Positions 29,741-39,656 of a DNA stretch of 64,000 bases are shown in pieces. The stretch comes from Cenarchaeum sp. (GTDB lineage Archaea; Thermoproteota; Nitrososphaeria; Nitrososphaerales; Nitrosopumilaceae). The position numbers were made by a program, and so were the translations under genes. How positions within the stretch are numbered: position 1 is the first letter of the stretch; every line of letters starts with the position of its first letter. The notes under the pieces are model-generated. The model did no database searches. It worked only from the letters and a program-made list of their open reading frames with translations, and had not been told where the DNA came from. The DNA lies in assembly GCA_965242695.1 (NCBI GenBank), contig CBDESU010000002.1:864001-928000 (forward strand). The letters run 5' to 3'.

Positions 29741-30496
29741 GTGCAGGTGACACAAGAGCAGGAGGCCGGCCAGGCCGTGCGGCGGAGCGGACAGGGCAGC
29801 GGAGCTGCCACGGCTACTGTGGTTGACGGCAGGGCCGAGTTCAGGGAGATGTTTATCTCGCTCGTCGATCCGGCCGGCCTGCTCGACATGGACAGGTGCG
29901 GCAGGACGGCCGGCCTCATGGCGGATTCGGCGTCCCGGTCCGGCCACCGGGCGGGCGCCAGGATGGCGTCCCTCCTAGCCGGCATCTTTGCGGACATGGC
30001 CTACATCTCCGACAGGCCGGTCGAGGACGGTGCGCTGGGCCATACCCAAATCGGGTTTCGTCACATGATCGGCGTGCTGTACGACACAGCCGAGGCGTAC
30101 AGGGCCGGCGGGGATGCCGAGCCGGTGGGCGAGCTGAAGGAGGCAAGGGCGGCCATCGCAAAGCTCAGGCTCGAGGCCGATGCGTACCGCGAGTACGTGA
30201 GGGCCGCCGGCCCGCCCGGCGCCGGCCTCTCGGGGCTCGACAGGTGCTACATGGGCAGGCTCTGCCGGGACGTCGTAAGAAAGGCCCAGGAGGAGGTGCG
30301 CGAGCAGGAAAAGGCATGGGGGCACGATCCCATATTCCCGCCGGAGCCAAAGCCGATCGAGTCTCCGGACGACGGCCTCAACCTGTCGGGGCTCCAAACG
30401 ATGCAGCTGATGGAAGGCAACATCCCGGACGGGTACGAGCTGGTCAAGGTCGAAGAGCTAGACGAACTGCGGAGGCGGGCAGGCTGTGCATCCTGA
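29741..30496 (+). CDS. Hypothetical protein, paralog B
   Basis: GTG about 30 nt after TTTATA; duplicate of paralog A. Confidence 0.75.
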   Translation: MQVTQEQEAGQAVRRSGQGSGAATATVVDGRAEFREMFISLVDPAGLLDMDRCGRTAGLMADSASRSGHRAGARMASLLAGIFADMAYISDRPVEDGALGHTQIGFRHMIGVLYDTAEAYRAGGDAEPVGELKEARAAIAKLRLEADAYREYVRAAGPPGAGLSGLDRCYMGRLCRDVVRKAQEEVREQEKAWGHDPIFPPEPKPIESPDDGLNLSGLQTMQLMEGNIPDGYELVKVEELDELRRRAGCAS

Positions 30497-30525
30497 CGGT
30501 GGCGCGGCCGCGGGGCTGCCCGCGC

Positions 30526-30729
30526 CTGGCGACATGCGACACAGGGGAGGTCAAGGCGCACGAGCAGGCAAAGGCATGGGGGCACGATCCCATATTCCCG
30601 CCGGAGCCAAAGCCGATCGAGTCTCCGGACGACGGCCTCAACCTGTCGGGGCTCCAAACGATGCAGCTGATGGAAGGCAACATCCCGGACGGGTACGAGC
30701 TGGTCAAGGTTGAAGATGTTGAAAAATAA
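30526..30729 (+). CDS. Small candidate antitoxin (CTG start) consisting mostly of the shared 48-aa module
   Basis: KAWGHDP...ELVKVE is identical to the tails of paralogs A and B; its stop overlaps the PIN gene start. Confidence 0.5.
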   Translation: MATCDTGEVKAHEQAKAWGHDPIFPPEPKPIESPDDGLNLSGLQTMQLMEGNIPDGYELVKVEDVEK

Positions 30730-31324
30730 CGGTAAAAGGCCCTCCGTCTATCCCGAGAGCAGTGTGGTATTTGCGGCGCTCGTACCTACCGATGCCCACC
30801 ACCGGGATGTGGTCAAGATGATAGACGAGATACAGCGGAGAGGATTCCGCATAATTGTCTCGCCGCTGACCCTCATGGAGACGTTCGCATCGATCCGAAG
30901 AAAGTCCGCAACATCGAACATGTGCAGGCTGGGGAGCGAAGATGAGAGGGCGGGCGTGGAAGCTCACGTGCAGAACACCGTCAAGGATGCGCGTGGACGT
31001 TTGAGCAGGTTGGTCAAACAAGGCATCATAGAAATCGTAGAACCGGAGAATTGGTCGCCCGACCTCTTACTGCTGTACGCCAAGTTGCTCGAGCATGCGG
31101 GATATGTCCTGCCTGTGGACAAGGGCCGCCCCTTTAGGCACCGCGCGGTCGGGTCGTACGACTGGCTGCACTTCGCGCTGGCAAAGTACCTGGGTGCGGT
31201 CGCGATCCTCACGACCGACGTGGCGTTTGCCGACATTGCGGGCAACGACGACGAGTTCGGGCACATCCTGATACAGCTGGCGTCCGAGCCGCTCGTCGGC
31301 CCGCTTGCCGCCGGCGCCGCGTGA
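30716..31324 (+). CDS. PIN-domain (VapC-like) nuclease
   Basis: VYPESSV, VSPLTLME, YDWLHFALA, ILTTDVAF. Confidence 0.85.
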   Translation: MLKNNGKRPSVYPESSVVFAALVPTDAHHRDVVKMIDEIQRRGFRIIVSPLTLMETFASIRRKSATSNMCRLGSEDERAGVEAHVQNTVKDARGRLSRLVKQGIIEIVEPENWSPDLLLLYAKLLEHAGYVLPVDKGRPFRHRAVGSYDWLHFALAKYLGAVAILTTDVAFADIAGNDDEFGHILIQLASEPLVGPLAAGAA

Positions 31325-31554
31325 GCCGGTGCGCAGCAGGGCGGGAATTGCATGCGCGGAGCCGGCGCCTACGAGCAGGCGGCACCGGCAGCGAGGCGCC
31401 CGGCGCAGGCCCCGCCAAGGCTTGGCCGTGCGCAGGCGCGCGCCTGCATGCCCCAGGGGCGGCGGCTGCAGGCGGCCGCCGGGTCGCGCCGGCCGCAGAC
31501 TGCGCAGGCGGGGGCGCGTCAAACGGATATACCGCGCCGCGCCGCGCGGGCGGC

Positions 31555-31935
31555 GTGTCCGGCGGCGAGATCAGGGTGCCCAAGGAGGCCCGCGAGTTCG
31601 TGCCCGTGTGGGCAGAGCCGACGATGCTCGGGGATCCGCGCGGCGCCGCCCGCCAGTACAGGCACGGCAACCTCCACATCCGAGAGTACGCCGACCACTA
31701 CACGGTCCACACCGACAGGGCGGATCCGCGGCGCGACCCCGTCGGGCACCTGATCCGCGATGCGCCCGAGGTCCTTGCGGGCCTGGCCGCCGGCGCGGCC
31801 GCCGGCGCGCTTGCGTACCTCAAGTCGCGCGCCTCCGGGCGCAGCCGGCGCTCGTCCGCCGCGGCCGGCGCGGCCGCGGCCCTCTCCGCCGGCGGCCTTG
31901 CCTACGAGGGCGCAAAGAGGCTCAAGGAGCGCTGA
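31555..31935 (+). CDS. Conserved hypothetical protein with C-terminal hydrophobic segments
   Basis: LGDPRGAARQYRHGNLHIREY...DPRRDPVGHLIRDAPE. Confidence 0.7.
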   Translation: MSGGEIRVPKEAREFVPVWAEPTMLGDPRGAARQYRHGNLHIREYADHYTVHTDRADPRRDPVGHLIRDAPEVLAGLAAGAAAGALAYLKSRASGRSRRSSAAAGAAAALSAGGLAYEGAKRLKER

Positions 31936-32014
31936 TCCGGCGCGGCCGTGTTGAAGCGAGGTGAGGGGCCGCCGCCTGGGCGCAAAGAGGCTCAAGGAGC
32001 GCTGATCCGGCGCG
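31908..32014. repeat. 37-bp direct repeat duplicating a gene 3' end
   Basis: GGGCGCAAAGAGGCTCAAGGAGCGCTGATCCGGCGCG at 31908-31944 and 31978-32014. Confidence 0.9.
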
Positions 32015-32111
32015 CCCGCGGCAGCCGGGCGGCCGGCATTCGCCGGCGGCGCGGTCCGCACGACCATACTGCACGGGAATCGCCGGCATCGGCCGTATCC
32101 CGGTGCCGCGG

Positions 32112-33263
32112 CTACGGGCCGCCGCCGGATTCCCCCTTTGCAAGCGCGTCGAGCGCCTCCTCGAACAGCTCCTGCTCGGCCTCGCCCGTCCCGTCGACGG
32201 CAATCCTCTCGACGCGGGTGAAGGCCCCCTTCCTGCGCCGAAAGTAGTACAGGCCGAGGTCGTCGGGGCCTATGATCCCGTCGTGGACCATGTTCAGCAC
32301 CCCGTTGACGACATAGTCGCTGTGCGTTGCAAGCACCAGGTCCACGCGCCGCGACAGCGCAGCTCGGACCATCCCCTTGGCGAACCTCAGCTGCACGAGC
32401 GGCTCTATCCCAGCCTCCGGCTCCTCGACTGCTAGGGCGCCGCCGGGACGCACGCCGTGCAGGGCGGCCACGACGGGGAGCGCTGAGAGCACGCCGGATC
32501 CCGCCAGGCCTATCTCTGCCTCAAAGCCGGACTGGTCCCTGTACAGCAGGGCCGCGGGGCCGCCAGCGGCGGACACGGCGAGCGATCCGCCGAAAACGCC
32601 CGAGAACGCGGCCCTGGCGTCTTCGCCGAGCCCGCCCGAAAGCGCCCCGATCACGGCGCCGTAGAACTGCCCGAGGTGCTCGGGCATTTGCCCTGCAAGG
32701 CGCAGCTGCGGCGCGCCGCCCGGGGCGCATCCCGGCCCCGTTCCGCCGGCGCCATCCGGGGCGGAATTGAACACGTCTTTTGCCTGCAGAGTCGCCAGCA
32801 GCGACTGGATTGTCCCGGCCCTGCCGGCGGGGACGTACATGCTGCCAGCCGGCGCGCCGCCCGGGGCGGCGGCGCGCGGCGGCGCGGAGAGCGCGGCGCC
32901 GTCATCTGCCGCGCCCCTGTCAAAGTCTAGCCTTATCGGTGCCTCGCAGCCCGCAATCTCGAGCCGGCCGGAAGGCTTTGCATGAGTGACCACGTCGCGC
33001 CGCCTGATGCCTGCGCTCCTGAGGATGGCGTTCGACATGGCCGCGCCCGGCGGCCTGTCCCTGCCGTCGCCGGGTCCGCCGGCGCCGGCGGGATGCTGCC
33101 GCCCGGCGGCCGCCGGGTCGAGCCGGCGCACCCCGTGCATGATCCTGGCCGCGATTGACTTGCCCGAGTTGTTTGGGCCTATGAACACGCTAAGCCGGTG
33201 GCGGCCGATTGCGGCTCGGTCTATCGGCCCGATGTTCTCGAGTCTGATCTCTTCAAACTTTAT
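32112..33263 (-). CDS. ABC/AAA_15-21-like ATPase (defence-associated type); possible ATA start
   Basis: IRLENIGPI, GPNNSGKS, AGSGV signature, VEEPEAGIEP, ATHSDY. Confidence 0.82.
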   Translation of the reverse strand: MKFEEIRLENIGPIDRAAIGRHRLSVFIGPNNSGKSIAARIMHGVRRLDPAAAGRQHPAGAGGPGDGRDRPPGAAMSNAILRSAGIRRRDVVTHAKPSGRLEIAGCEAPIRLDFDRGAADDGAALSAPPRAAAPGGAPAGSMYVPAGRAGTIQSLLATLQAKDVFNSAPDGAGGTGPGCAPGGAPQLRLAGQMPEHLGQFYGAVIGALSGGLGEDARAAFSGVFGGSLAVSAAGGPAALLYRDQSGFEAEIGLAGSGVLSALPVVAALHGVRPGGALAVEEPEAGIEPLVQLRFAKGMVRAALSRRVDLVLATHSDYVVNGVLNMVHDGIIGPDDLGLYYFRRRKGAFTRVERIAVDGTGEAEQELFEEALDALAKGESGGGP

Positions 33264-33665
33264 GCCGCTCGGCGGCGGATGTGCGTTATATTAACTGCTT
33301 ACGGGGCTTGAGGTGCTAGGGGGTGGTTGACCGGACGCCACATGGACGGACGGTCATCTTATACATGGCCGCGGGCGCCTCCCGGACGTTGTGGCACGTT
33401 CAATATGGTCACCTACGGGCTCCGCAGCCGTGAAATTTGCCCACTATCACACCGTACAGGTCGACCATGCAATGCACCGTGTGAAGGCCCACTACAGGAC
33501 AGCCATGTCAGCACAGACAAGACGGATGGATCGCCTGAGACAAGCCGCTGACGGGCAAGCCTGGCTTGTGCTACCGCCGCCCGGCTAGGCGTCAATAGGC
33601 CTAGGCGTGAAGTGGATGGCGCCCTAATACTTTTAACACGACGGTTGCGGCCTCAAAATCAGAGC

Positions 33666-36410
33666 ATGGCGACGCCAGAGGTTGCGGCTAGGCGCAACAT
33701 AGACAAGATGCTTGAACAATCAGGGTGGGTTGTACAGGACTACGAGAACCTAGACTTTGGAACCAATACAGGCGTGGCTGTCAGAGAGTACCCGCTTGGT
33801 AGGGAGGCGTGCGACTACGCCCTCTTTATAGGCCGGCACCCTGTTGGCGTAGTAGAAGCAAAGCCTGAGGGTTGGACGCTACTGGGCGTCACCTCGCAGT
33901 CCGACAAGTACCTGAAAGGACTAAGCGAGAAATTTCCTCAGGCACCACGGAATCCTCCATTCTCTTATGAAACGACCGGGATACAAACCATATTTACAGA
34001 CAGGCGTGATCCCGACTATCGTTCTAGAGATGTCTTCACATTTCATAGGCCAGAGGTTATGGAGCGCTGGCTTATGGAGGAAAAAACCATGCGAGCAAGA
34101 CTCGAAGAAATCCCTCAGTTAGACTATCCAAATTTGTGGGACTGCCAGTCCCGAGCCGTTAAAAACTTGGAAAAATCGTTTTCTGAAAACAGACAGCGTG
34201 CCTTGATCCAGATGGCCACGGGTAGCGGCAAGACGTTCACGGCAGTTACGTTTGCTTACAGACTAATTAAACATGCGGGGGCGAGGAAGATACTATTCTT
34301 AGTAGATCGAAATAATCTGGGACAGCAGGCGTTGAGTGAATTTGCGCGGTATGATACACCAGATGACGGAAGAAAATTTACCGAGCTATACAACGTTCAA
34401 CATTTACAAGGACAAATAATCGACCCAGTTTCTAAGGTTGTAATATCGACTGTTCAGAGAATGTACTCAATTCTAAAGGGCGAAAAAGAATTCGATGAAA
34501 CATCTGAAACATTCTCTCAGTTTGACCAAAACATGAACGATGATCCCGTAGTAGTAGAATACAATCCCCACATTCCCATTGGGGAGTTCGATTTTATTAT
34601 AATCGACGAGTGTCATAGAGGAATATACAACAAGTGGAAGCAAGTGCTAGACTACTTTGATTCGTTTTTAATAGGCCTAACCGCCACGCCGTCAAAAAGT
34701 ACCGTGGGATTTTTTGAGAACAATCAAGTAATGGCTTATACACATGAGCGGGCTGTGGCTGATGGTGTAAACGTCGGGTATCATGTGTATAAAATTCGGA
34801 CGCAAATAACGCGGGATGGAGGTAAAATAGAAGCGGGTGAAGTTGTAGAGAAACGTGACAAACTGACACGAAAACAGTGGCAAGAAAGGCTAGACACCGA
34901 TATGATCTACGAACCTTCTAGGCTAGACAGGGATGTAGTGGCGACGGATCAAATACGACTTGTCATTAAGACTTTCAAAGATCGTCTGCACGAGATATTT
35001 CCTGGTAGGGAGGTGGTTCCAAAGACATTAATATTTGCAAAAGACGATTCTCATGCAGAGGATATCACTAGAATTGCCAGGGAGGTTTTTGGGAAAGGAA
35101 ATGAATTTTGCCAAAAAATAACCTACAAAACAACTGGAGACAAGCCAGAAAACATTATTGCAAGCTTTCGAAACTTTTATCGTCCACGCATCGCGGTTAC
35201 CGTCGACATGATGGCTACAGGAACCGACATTCGACCATTAGAATGCATTATATTCATGAGAGATGTAAAATCCAAAATCTACTTTGATCAGATGAAAGGG
35301 CGAGGAAGTAGGGTGATCCGCGCAGATGATCTGCTAGCAGTGACTCCCGATGCAAAATCAAAAGATCACTATGTGATTGTAGATGCGGTGGGGGTATGTG
35401 AACACTCCTTGTCCGACACGCATTCTTTAAGAAGGAGCAACGCCTCGCTCAAAGAGCTCATGCAAGCAGTGTCAGAAGGGCGCTCTGATGAAGATGCTGT
35501 ATCATCGCTGGCAGACAAGTTGGCAAGGCTTGACCGTTCCTTGGACACAAAAGCAAAAGATGAAATTGAGGCGGCGTCTAGTGGTGTAACTCTGTCCCAA
35601 ATGGCAAACAGGTTACTCGATGGAATAGACCCAGATGTACAAGCCGAGTACGCAAGGAAAAAGTTTATGACATCTTCCCCTACTGATGACCAGCTTGAAC
35701 GAGCCAGTAACGAGATAATAAAGGATGTATGTCGGATGTTCGATGACGCTCATCTCCGCCAAACCATACTAGATGTTAAGGCCCGTCGGGAGATGGTCAT
35801 TGACTCGGATTCCATTGATAATCTGGTTGCGGCTGGATTCGATCGCGAAGCCAATGATATCAGCAACAAAGTCAGGGAAAGCTTTGAAGGGTTTTTGGCT
35901 AAAAACAAGGCTGAACTTGTAGCGTTGCAAATACTGCACTCCCAGCCTTACAGAATCCGAGAGCTAACGTTTAAAGACATTAAGACACTGGCTGCAAAAA
36001 TCGAAGAACCACCCTTCCGAATGGACACTAGGCTGCTCTGGAGTGCTTACAAAAATCTTGAGAAGTCAAAAACAAAAAATAACTCCCATGTCACATTGAC
36101 CGACCTAATTTCTATAGTTCGGTTTGCCATAGGTGAGGAGAAAGTCCTTATTCCGTTTGGTGAGAAAGTAGATCGAAAGTTTTCCAATTGGATGGAAAAT
36201 CAAGGATCAGCTGGTAGAAAGTTTACAAGTGAACAAAAAGACTGGCTTATTATGATGAAAAATCACATAGCCGCGTCAATTGTTGCTACAGTAGAAGACA
36301 TGGATGATGTTCCATTTTCCCAAAAAGGTGGACGCATTAAGCTGCACGATTTGTTTGGCGATGATTATAAACAGATTCTAGAGGAGTTGAACCAGGAGCT
36401 GATTAGTTAA
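33666..36410 (+). CDS. hsdR: Type I restriction enzyme R subunit
   Basis: DY...VEAK nuclease motif, MATGSGKT, DECHR, LTATP, QMKGRG. Confidence 0.95.
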   Translation: MATPEVAARRNIDKMLEQSGWVVQDYENLDFGTNTGVAVREYPLGREACDYALFIGRHPVGVVEAKPEGWTLLGVTSQSDKYLKGLSEKFPQAPRNPPFSYETTGIQTIFTDRRDPDYRSRDVFTFHRPEVMERWLMEEKTMRARLEEIPQLDYPNLWDCQSRAVKNLEKSFSENRQRALIQMATGSGKTFTAVTFAYRLIKHAGARKILFLVDRNNLGQQALSEFARYDTPDDGRKFTELYNVQHLQGQIIDPVSKVVISTVQRMYSILKGEKEFDETSETFSQFDQNMNDDPVVVEYNPHIPIGEFDFIIIDECHRGIYNKWKQVLDYFDSFLIGLTATPSKSTVGFFENNQVMAYTHERAVADGVNVGYHVYKIRTQITRDGGKIEAGEVVEKRDKLTRKQWQERLDTDMIYEPSRLDRDVVATDQIRLVIKTFKDRLHEIFPGREVVPKTLIFAKDDSHAEDITRIAREVFGKGNEFCQKITYKTTGDKPENIIASFRNFYRPRIAVTVDMMATGTDIRPLECIIFMRDVKSKIYFDQMKGRGSRVIRADDLLAVTPDAKSKDHYVIVDAVGVCEHSLSDTHSLRRSNASLKELMQAVSEGRSDEDAVSSLADKLARLDRSLDTKAKDEIEAASSGVTLSQMANRLLDGIDPDVQAEYARKKFMTSSPTDDQLERASNEIIKDVCRMFDDAHLRQTILDVKARREMVIDSDSIDNLVAAGFDREANDISNKVRESFEGFLAKNKAELVALQILHSQPYRIRELTFKDIKTLAAKIEEPPFRMDTRLLWSAYKNLEKSKTKNNSHVTLTDLISIVRFAIGEEKVLIPFGEKVDRKFSNWMENQGSAGRKFTSEQKDWLIMMKNHIAASIVATVEDMDDVPFSQKGGRIKLHDLFGDDYKQILEELNQELIS

Positions 36411-37795
36411 TGAACCAATCTCTTGTTAAAGAAAAACTTCCTGACGGGTGGGTCAAAAGCAGTCTTTTTAGCTGTGTTGAAATTTTAGATCACAAACGCA
36501 TTCCGATAAATGCCAATCAGCGTAAGCAAAGAGCTGGCCCTATACCATACTATGGCGCAACAGGCCAGGTAGGTTGGATAGATGATTATTTATTTAATGA
36601 AGAATTGGTGTTACTAGGGGAAGACGGAGCACCGTTTTTAGACTTTTTTAAAAATAAAGCATATTTAATTTCTGGAAAAAGCTGGGTAAACAACCATGCT
36701 CATGTTTTAAAGGGCATAAGTGGGATCGTCTTGAACAAATACCTGTGCCATTATTTAAATTGGTTTAATTATAAAGAATATGTTACGGGAACAACCAGAC
36801 TAAAACTAAACCAAACCAGTATGAAAAGCATTCCTGTTTTACTGCCACCTTTCTCTGAGCAAAAACAAATCGTCAGCAAACTTGAATCAGTCTTTACACG
36901 GATTGACGTAGTTAAGAACATTTTGGAGACCTCCAAAACATCTGCTCAACATGCGCAACAGTCTGTACTTGCTGTTGCATTTGAAGGTAAATTGGTCTCG
37001 CAAGACCCAAAAGATCCGCCAGCGTCTGCATTAATAAATAAAATAGGTGCGAGCCAACCTACTTATCGCCTCCGTCAATCCAAAACATGTAATGCGCTGT
37101 CACGAAATAACTTCTCAAACGTAAGTGTACAGCTTCCAGATGGTTGGACACACGCAACATTAGAACAGATAGCAATGATAACTCCTGGTCAATCACCACC
37201 GTCTTCAAGCTATAACCAGAAACGCTCTGGCATCCCATTTTTTCAAGGTAAAACTAATTTTGGTGAGCTACACCCGACACCGCAACACTGGTGCACAAAC
37301 CCTAGAAAGATCGCTGTGAAAAATGACATTTTAATTTCAGTCAGAGCACCTGTTGGGCCTACAAATCTAGCCAAGGAAACATGTTGTATTGGAAGAGGTT
37401 TATCTGGAATCAGGGTCACTGATAAAATTCATTTCAAATATATATTGTACCATATACGTGCGATCGAAAAAAGCATTGCGGCGAGTGGAACTGGAACTAC
37501 TTTTAAAGCCATTAGTAACAAACAATTAAAATCTATTGTGCTAAACATTGCACCCTACAATGAACAAAAACGTATTGTTGTTAAACTCGACTCAATTTTT
37601 AAAAGCATAGGCATATTATTGACACATGTTGAATCTACAATAATTTACCTCAATGCACTCAAAAGCAGTACGTTAAAATTGGCTTTTGATGGTCAACTGG
37701 TTTCCCAAGATGTTAACACCAAACCTGCAACAATTTTGTTTAAAAAAATTAATTCGAAAAGCAATTACTTAAAAAGTGTAAATTCTAAGGAGTGA
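36410..37795 (+). CDS. hsdS: Type I R-M specificity subunit (two TRDs)
   Basis: LPDGW x2, PPFSEQKQIV / APYNEQKRIV, AFEGKLVSQDP. Confidence 0.95.
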   Translation: MNQSLVKEKLPDGWVKSSLFSCVEILDHKRIPINANQRKQRAGPIPYYGATGQVGWIDDYLFNEELVLLGEDGAPFLDFFKNKAYLISGKSWVNNHAHVLKGISGIVLNKYLCHYLNWFNYKEYVTGTTRLKLNQTSMKSIPVLLPPFSEQKQIVSKLESVFTRIDVVKNILETSKTSAQHAQQSVLAVAFEGKLVSQDPKDPPASALINKIGASQPTYRLRQSKTCNALSRNNFSNVSVQLPDGWTHATLEQIAMITPGQSPPSSSYNQKRSGIPFFQGKTNFGELHPTPQHWCTNPRKIAVKNDILISVRAPVGPTNLAKETCCIGRGLSGIRVTDKIHFKYILYHIRAIEKSIAASGTGTTFKAISNKQLKSIVLNIAPYNEQKRIVVKLDSIFKSIGILLTHVESTIIYLNALKSSTLKLAFDGQLVSQDVNTKPATILFKKINSKSNYLKSVNSKE

Positions 37796-37800
37796 CAAAA

Positions 37801-39288
37801 ATGTCAAGTGAAGCGCCTGTTATAGTTCAAAAAATATGGAACTTTTGTGATGTATTACGAGATGATGGTGTGTCTTACGGTGATTATGTAGAGCAGTTGA
37901 CATACCTTTTGTTTCTAAAAATGGCGGATGAACAGACCAGGCCTCCATTTAGACAAAAATCATCTATCCCACAAAAGTACTCATGGCCGACATTAATATC
38001 AAAATCGGGTGATGAACTAGAGATACACTATCGACGTATTCTGGAACAACTTTCTCATAAACCGGGGTTGCTTGGCATGATATTTAGAAAATCTCAGAAC
38101 AAAATTCAAGATCCTGCAAAATTAGAACGGTTGATCAAACTAATTGATGGTGATCCAAAAGACAGACAAAGGGTCGTTTGGGTTGGATTGGACATTGATG
38201 TTAAAGGTGAAATTTACGAAGGATTATTAGAAAAGAACGCTGAAGATGTCAAAGGTGGTGCAGGCCAGTACTTTACACCGCGTGCATTGATTAACACGAT
38301 CGTTGATGTAATACAGCCCAAACCCATGGAAACTATAGGTGACCCTGCATGTGGAACGGGTGGCTTTTTTTTGGCAGCCCACAAGTATCTTGTAGAGAAC
38401 TTTAACCTTGATCCAGATCAGAAATTGTTTCTCAAAAATCACACCTTCGTTGGATATGATATTGTCACCGAAGTAGCAAGATTGTGTGCCATGAACATGT
38501 ACTTACACAGTATCGGTTCTACTGAAAGCCAAATTGTTGTAGGTGATTCGCTTATAGGTGATCCGGGCAATCGCTTCGACATAATTATGACCAATCCCCC
38601 ATTTGGAAAAAAATCAAGTAACAAAATTGTCACCAAAGATGGCAAGGTAGAACGCCAGACACTGTCATACCAAAGAAACGATTTCTGGTCAACTACTACT
38701 AACAAGCAGCTAAATTTCCTTCAACATGTGAAGACACTGCTCAAGCCCCGTGGTCGGTGTGCAATAGTTATTCCAGATAATGTTTTGTTTGAAGGCGGTG
38801 CAGGTGAAACCATTAGAAAAAGGCTGTTAGATCATATGGATGTTCATACACTCCTTAGGCTTCCTACTGGTATATTCTATGCGGGTGGTGTTAATGCGAA
38901 TGTTTTGTTTTTTGATAAAAAACCAGCTAGGACTGACAACAAGCCGTGGACCGAGAACTTGTGGATATACGATTTTCGAACGAATCAACATTTTACTTTA
39001 AAACAAAATATGTTAACACGTGATGATTTGGATGATTTTGTTAGATGTTACAATCCACAAAATCGATGGGATCGCAAAGAAACTGATCAATTTAAAGTAT
39101 TTACGTATGACGATATTATTAAACGTGACAAAATAAATCTTGATATACGCTGGCTTGATGAGAAGTCGTCCAAAGACAACGCCGCAACGTTTATATCGCC
39201 TGATTTAATTGTACAAAAAATTTTAAATAACCTAGAGTCTGCATTAGACACAACAAAACATCTTGCTTTAGATCTAAAGGGTGAGTAG
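37801..39288 (+). CDS. hsdM: Type I R-M N6-adenine methyltransferase
   Basis: GAGQYFTPR, DPACGTGG, NPPF. Confidence 0.96.
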   Translation: MSSEAPVIVQKIWNFCDVLRDDGVSYGDYVEQLTYLLFLKMADEQTRPPFRQKSSIPQKYSWPTLISKSGDELEIHYRRILEQLSHKPGLLGMIFRKSQNKIQDPAKLERLIKLIDGDPKDRQRVVWVGLDIDVKGEIYEGLLEKNAEDVKGGAGQYFTPRALINTIVDVIQPKPMETIGDPACGTGGFFLAAHKYLVENFNLDPDQKLFLKNHTFVGYDIVTEVARLCAMNMYLHSIGSTESQIVVGDSLIGDPGNRFDIIMTNPPFGKKSSNKIVTKDGKVERQTLSYQRNDFWSTTTNKQLNFLQHVKTLLKPRGRCAIVIPDNVLFEGGAGETIRKRLLDHMDVHTLLRLPTGIFYAGGVNANVLFFDKKPARTDNKPWTENLWIYDFRTNQHFTLKQNMLTRDDLDDFVRCYNPQNRWDRKETDQFKVFTYDDIIKRDKINLDIRWLDEKSSKDNAATFISPDLIVQKILNNLESALDTTKHLALDLKGE

Positions 39289-39656
39289 CTTGTATATGTT
39301 TTATACGACATGCCGTGAATACTTCCTGGTCTGTATCACTACTATTCAGCTCGGGACCATCATGCAAAATAAATTTACAGTTAATTTTCACTACAGATGT
39401 TCTTATAATTATTTGTTCAAAGATGTTTTGAAATTTAATACCAATATACTACTGGACAATATTAGAATCGTTACTTGTATAACTTTTTTCTTATGCCAGC
39501 AAGCCACTTACACAATATCCTTGTTAAAGAGATATTCTGTATTTTTGATACGTAGAGTAGTGTCGCAACAAAGCCACAGTATGGGATATTCGCCACCGTT
39601 ATCACACGTATGTCATTATCGCCTTGGACGGTGGTTGGGAATGGTGAGTGATTAAC

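Noticed and set aside
39281-39655. 124-aa ORF after hsdM
   Set aside because: AT-rich, with no recognisable motif or protein-like pattern; treated as island tail.
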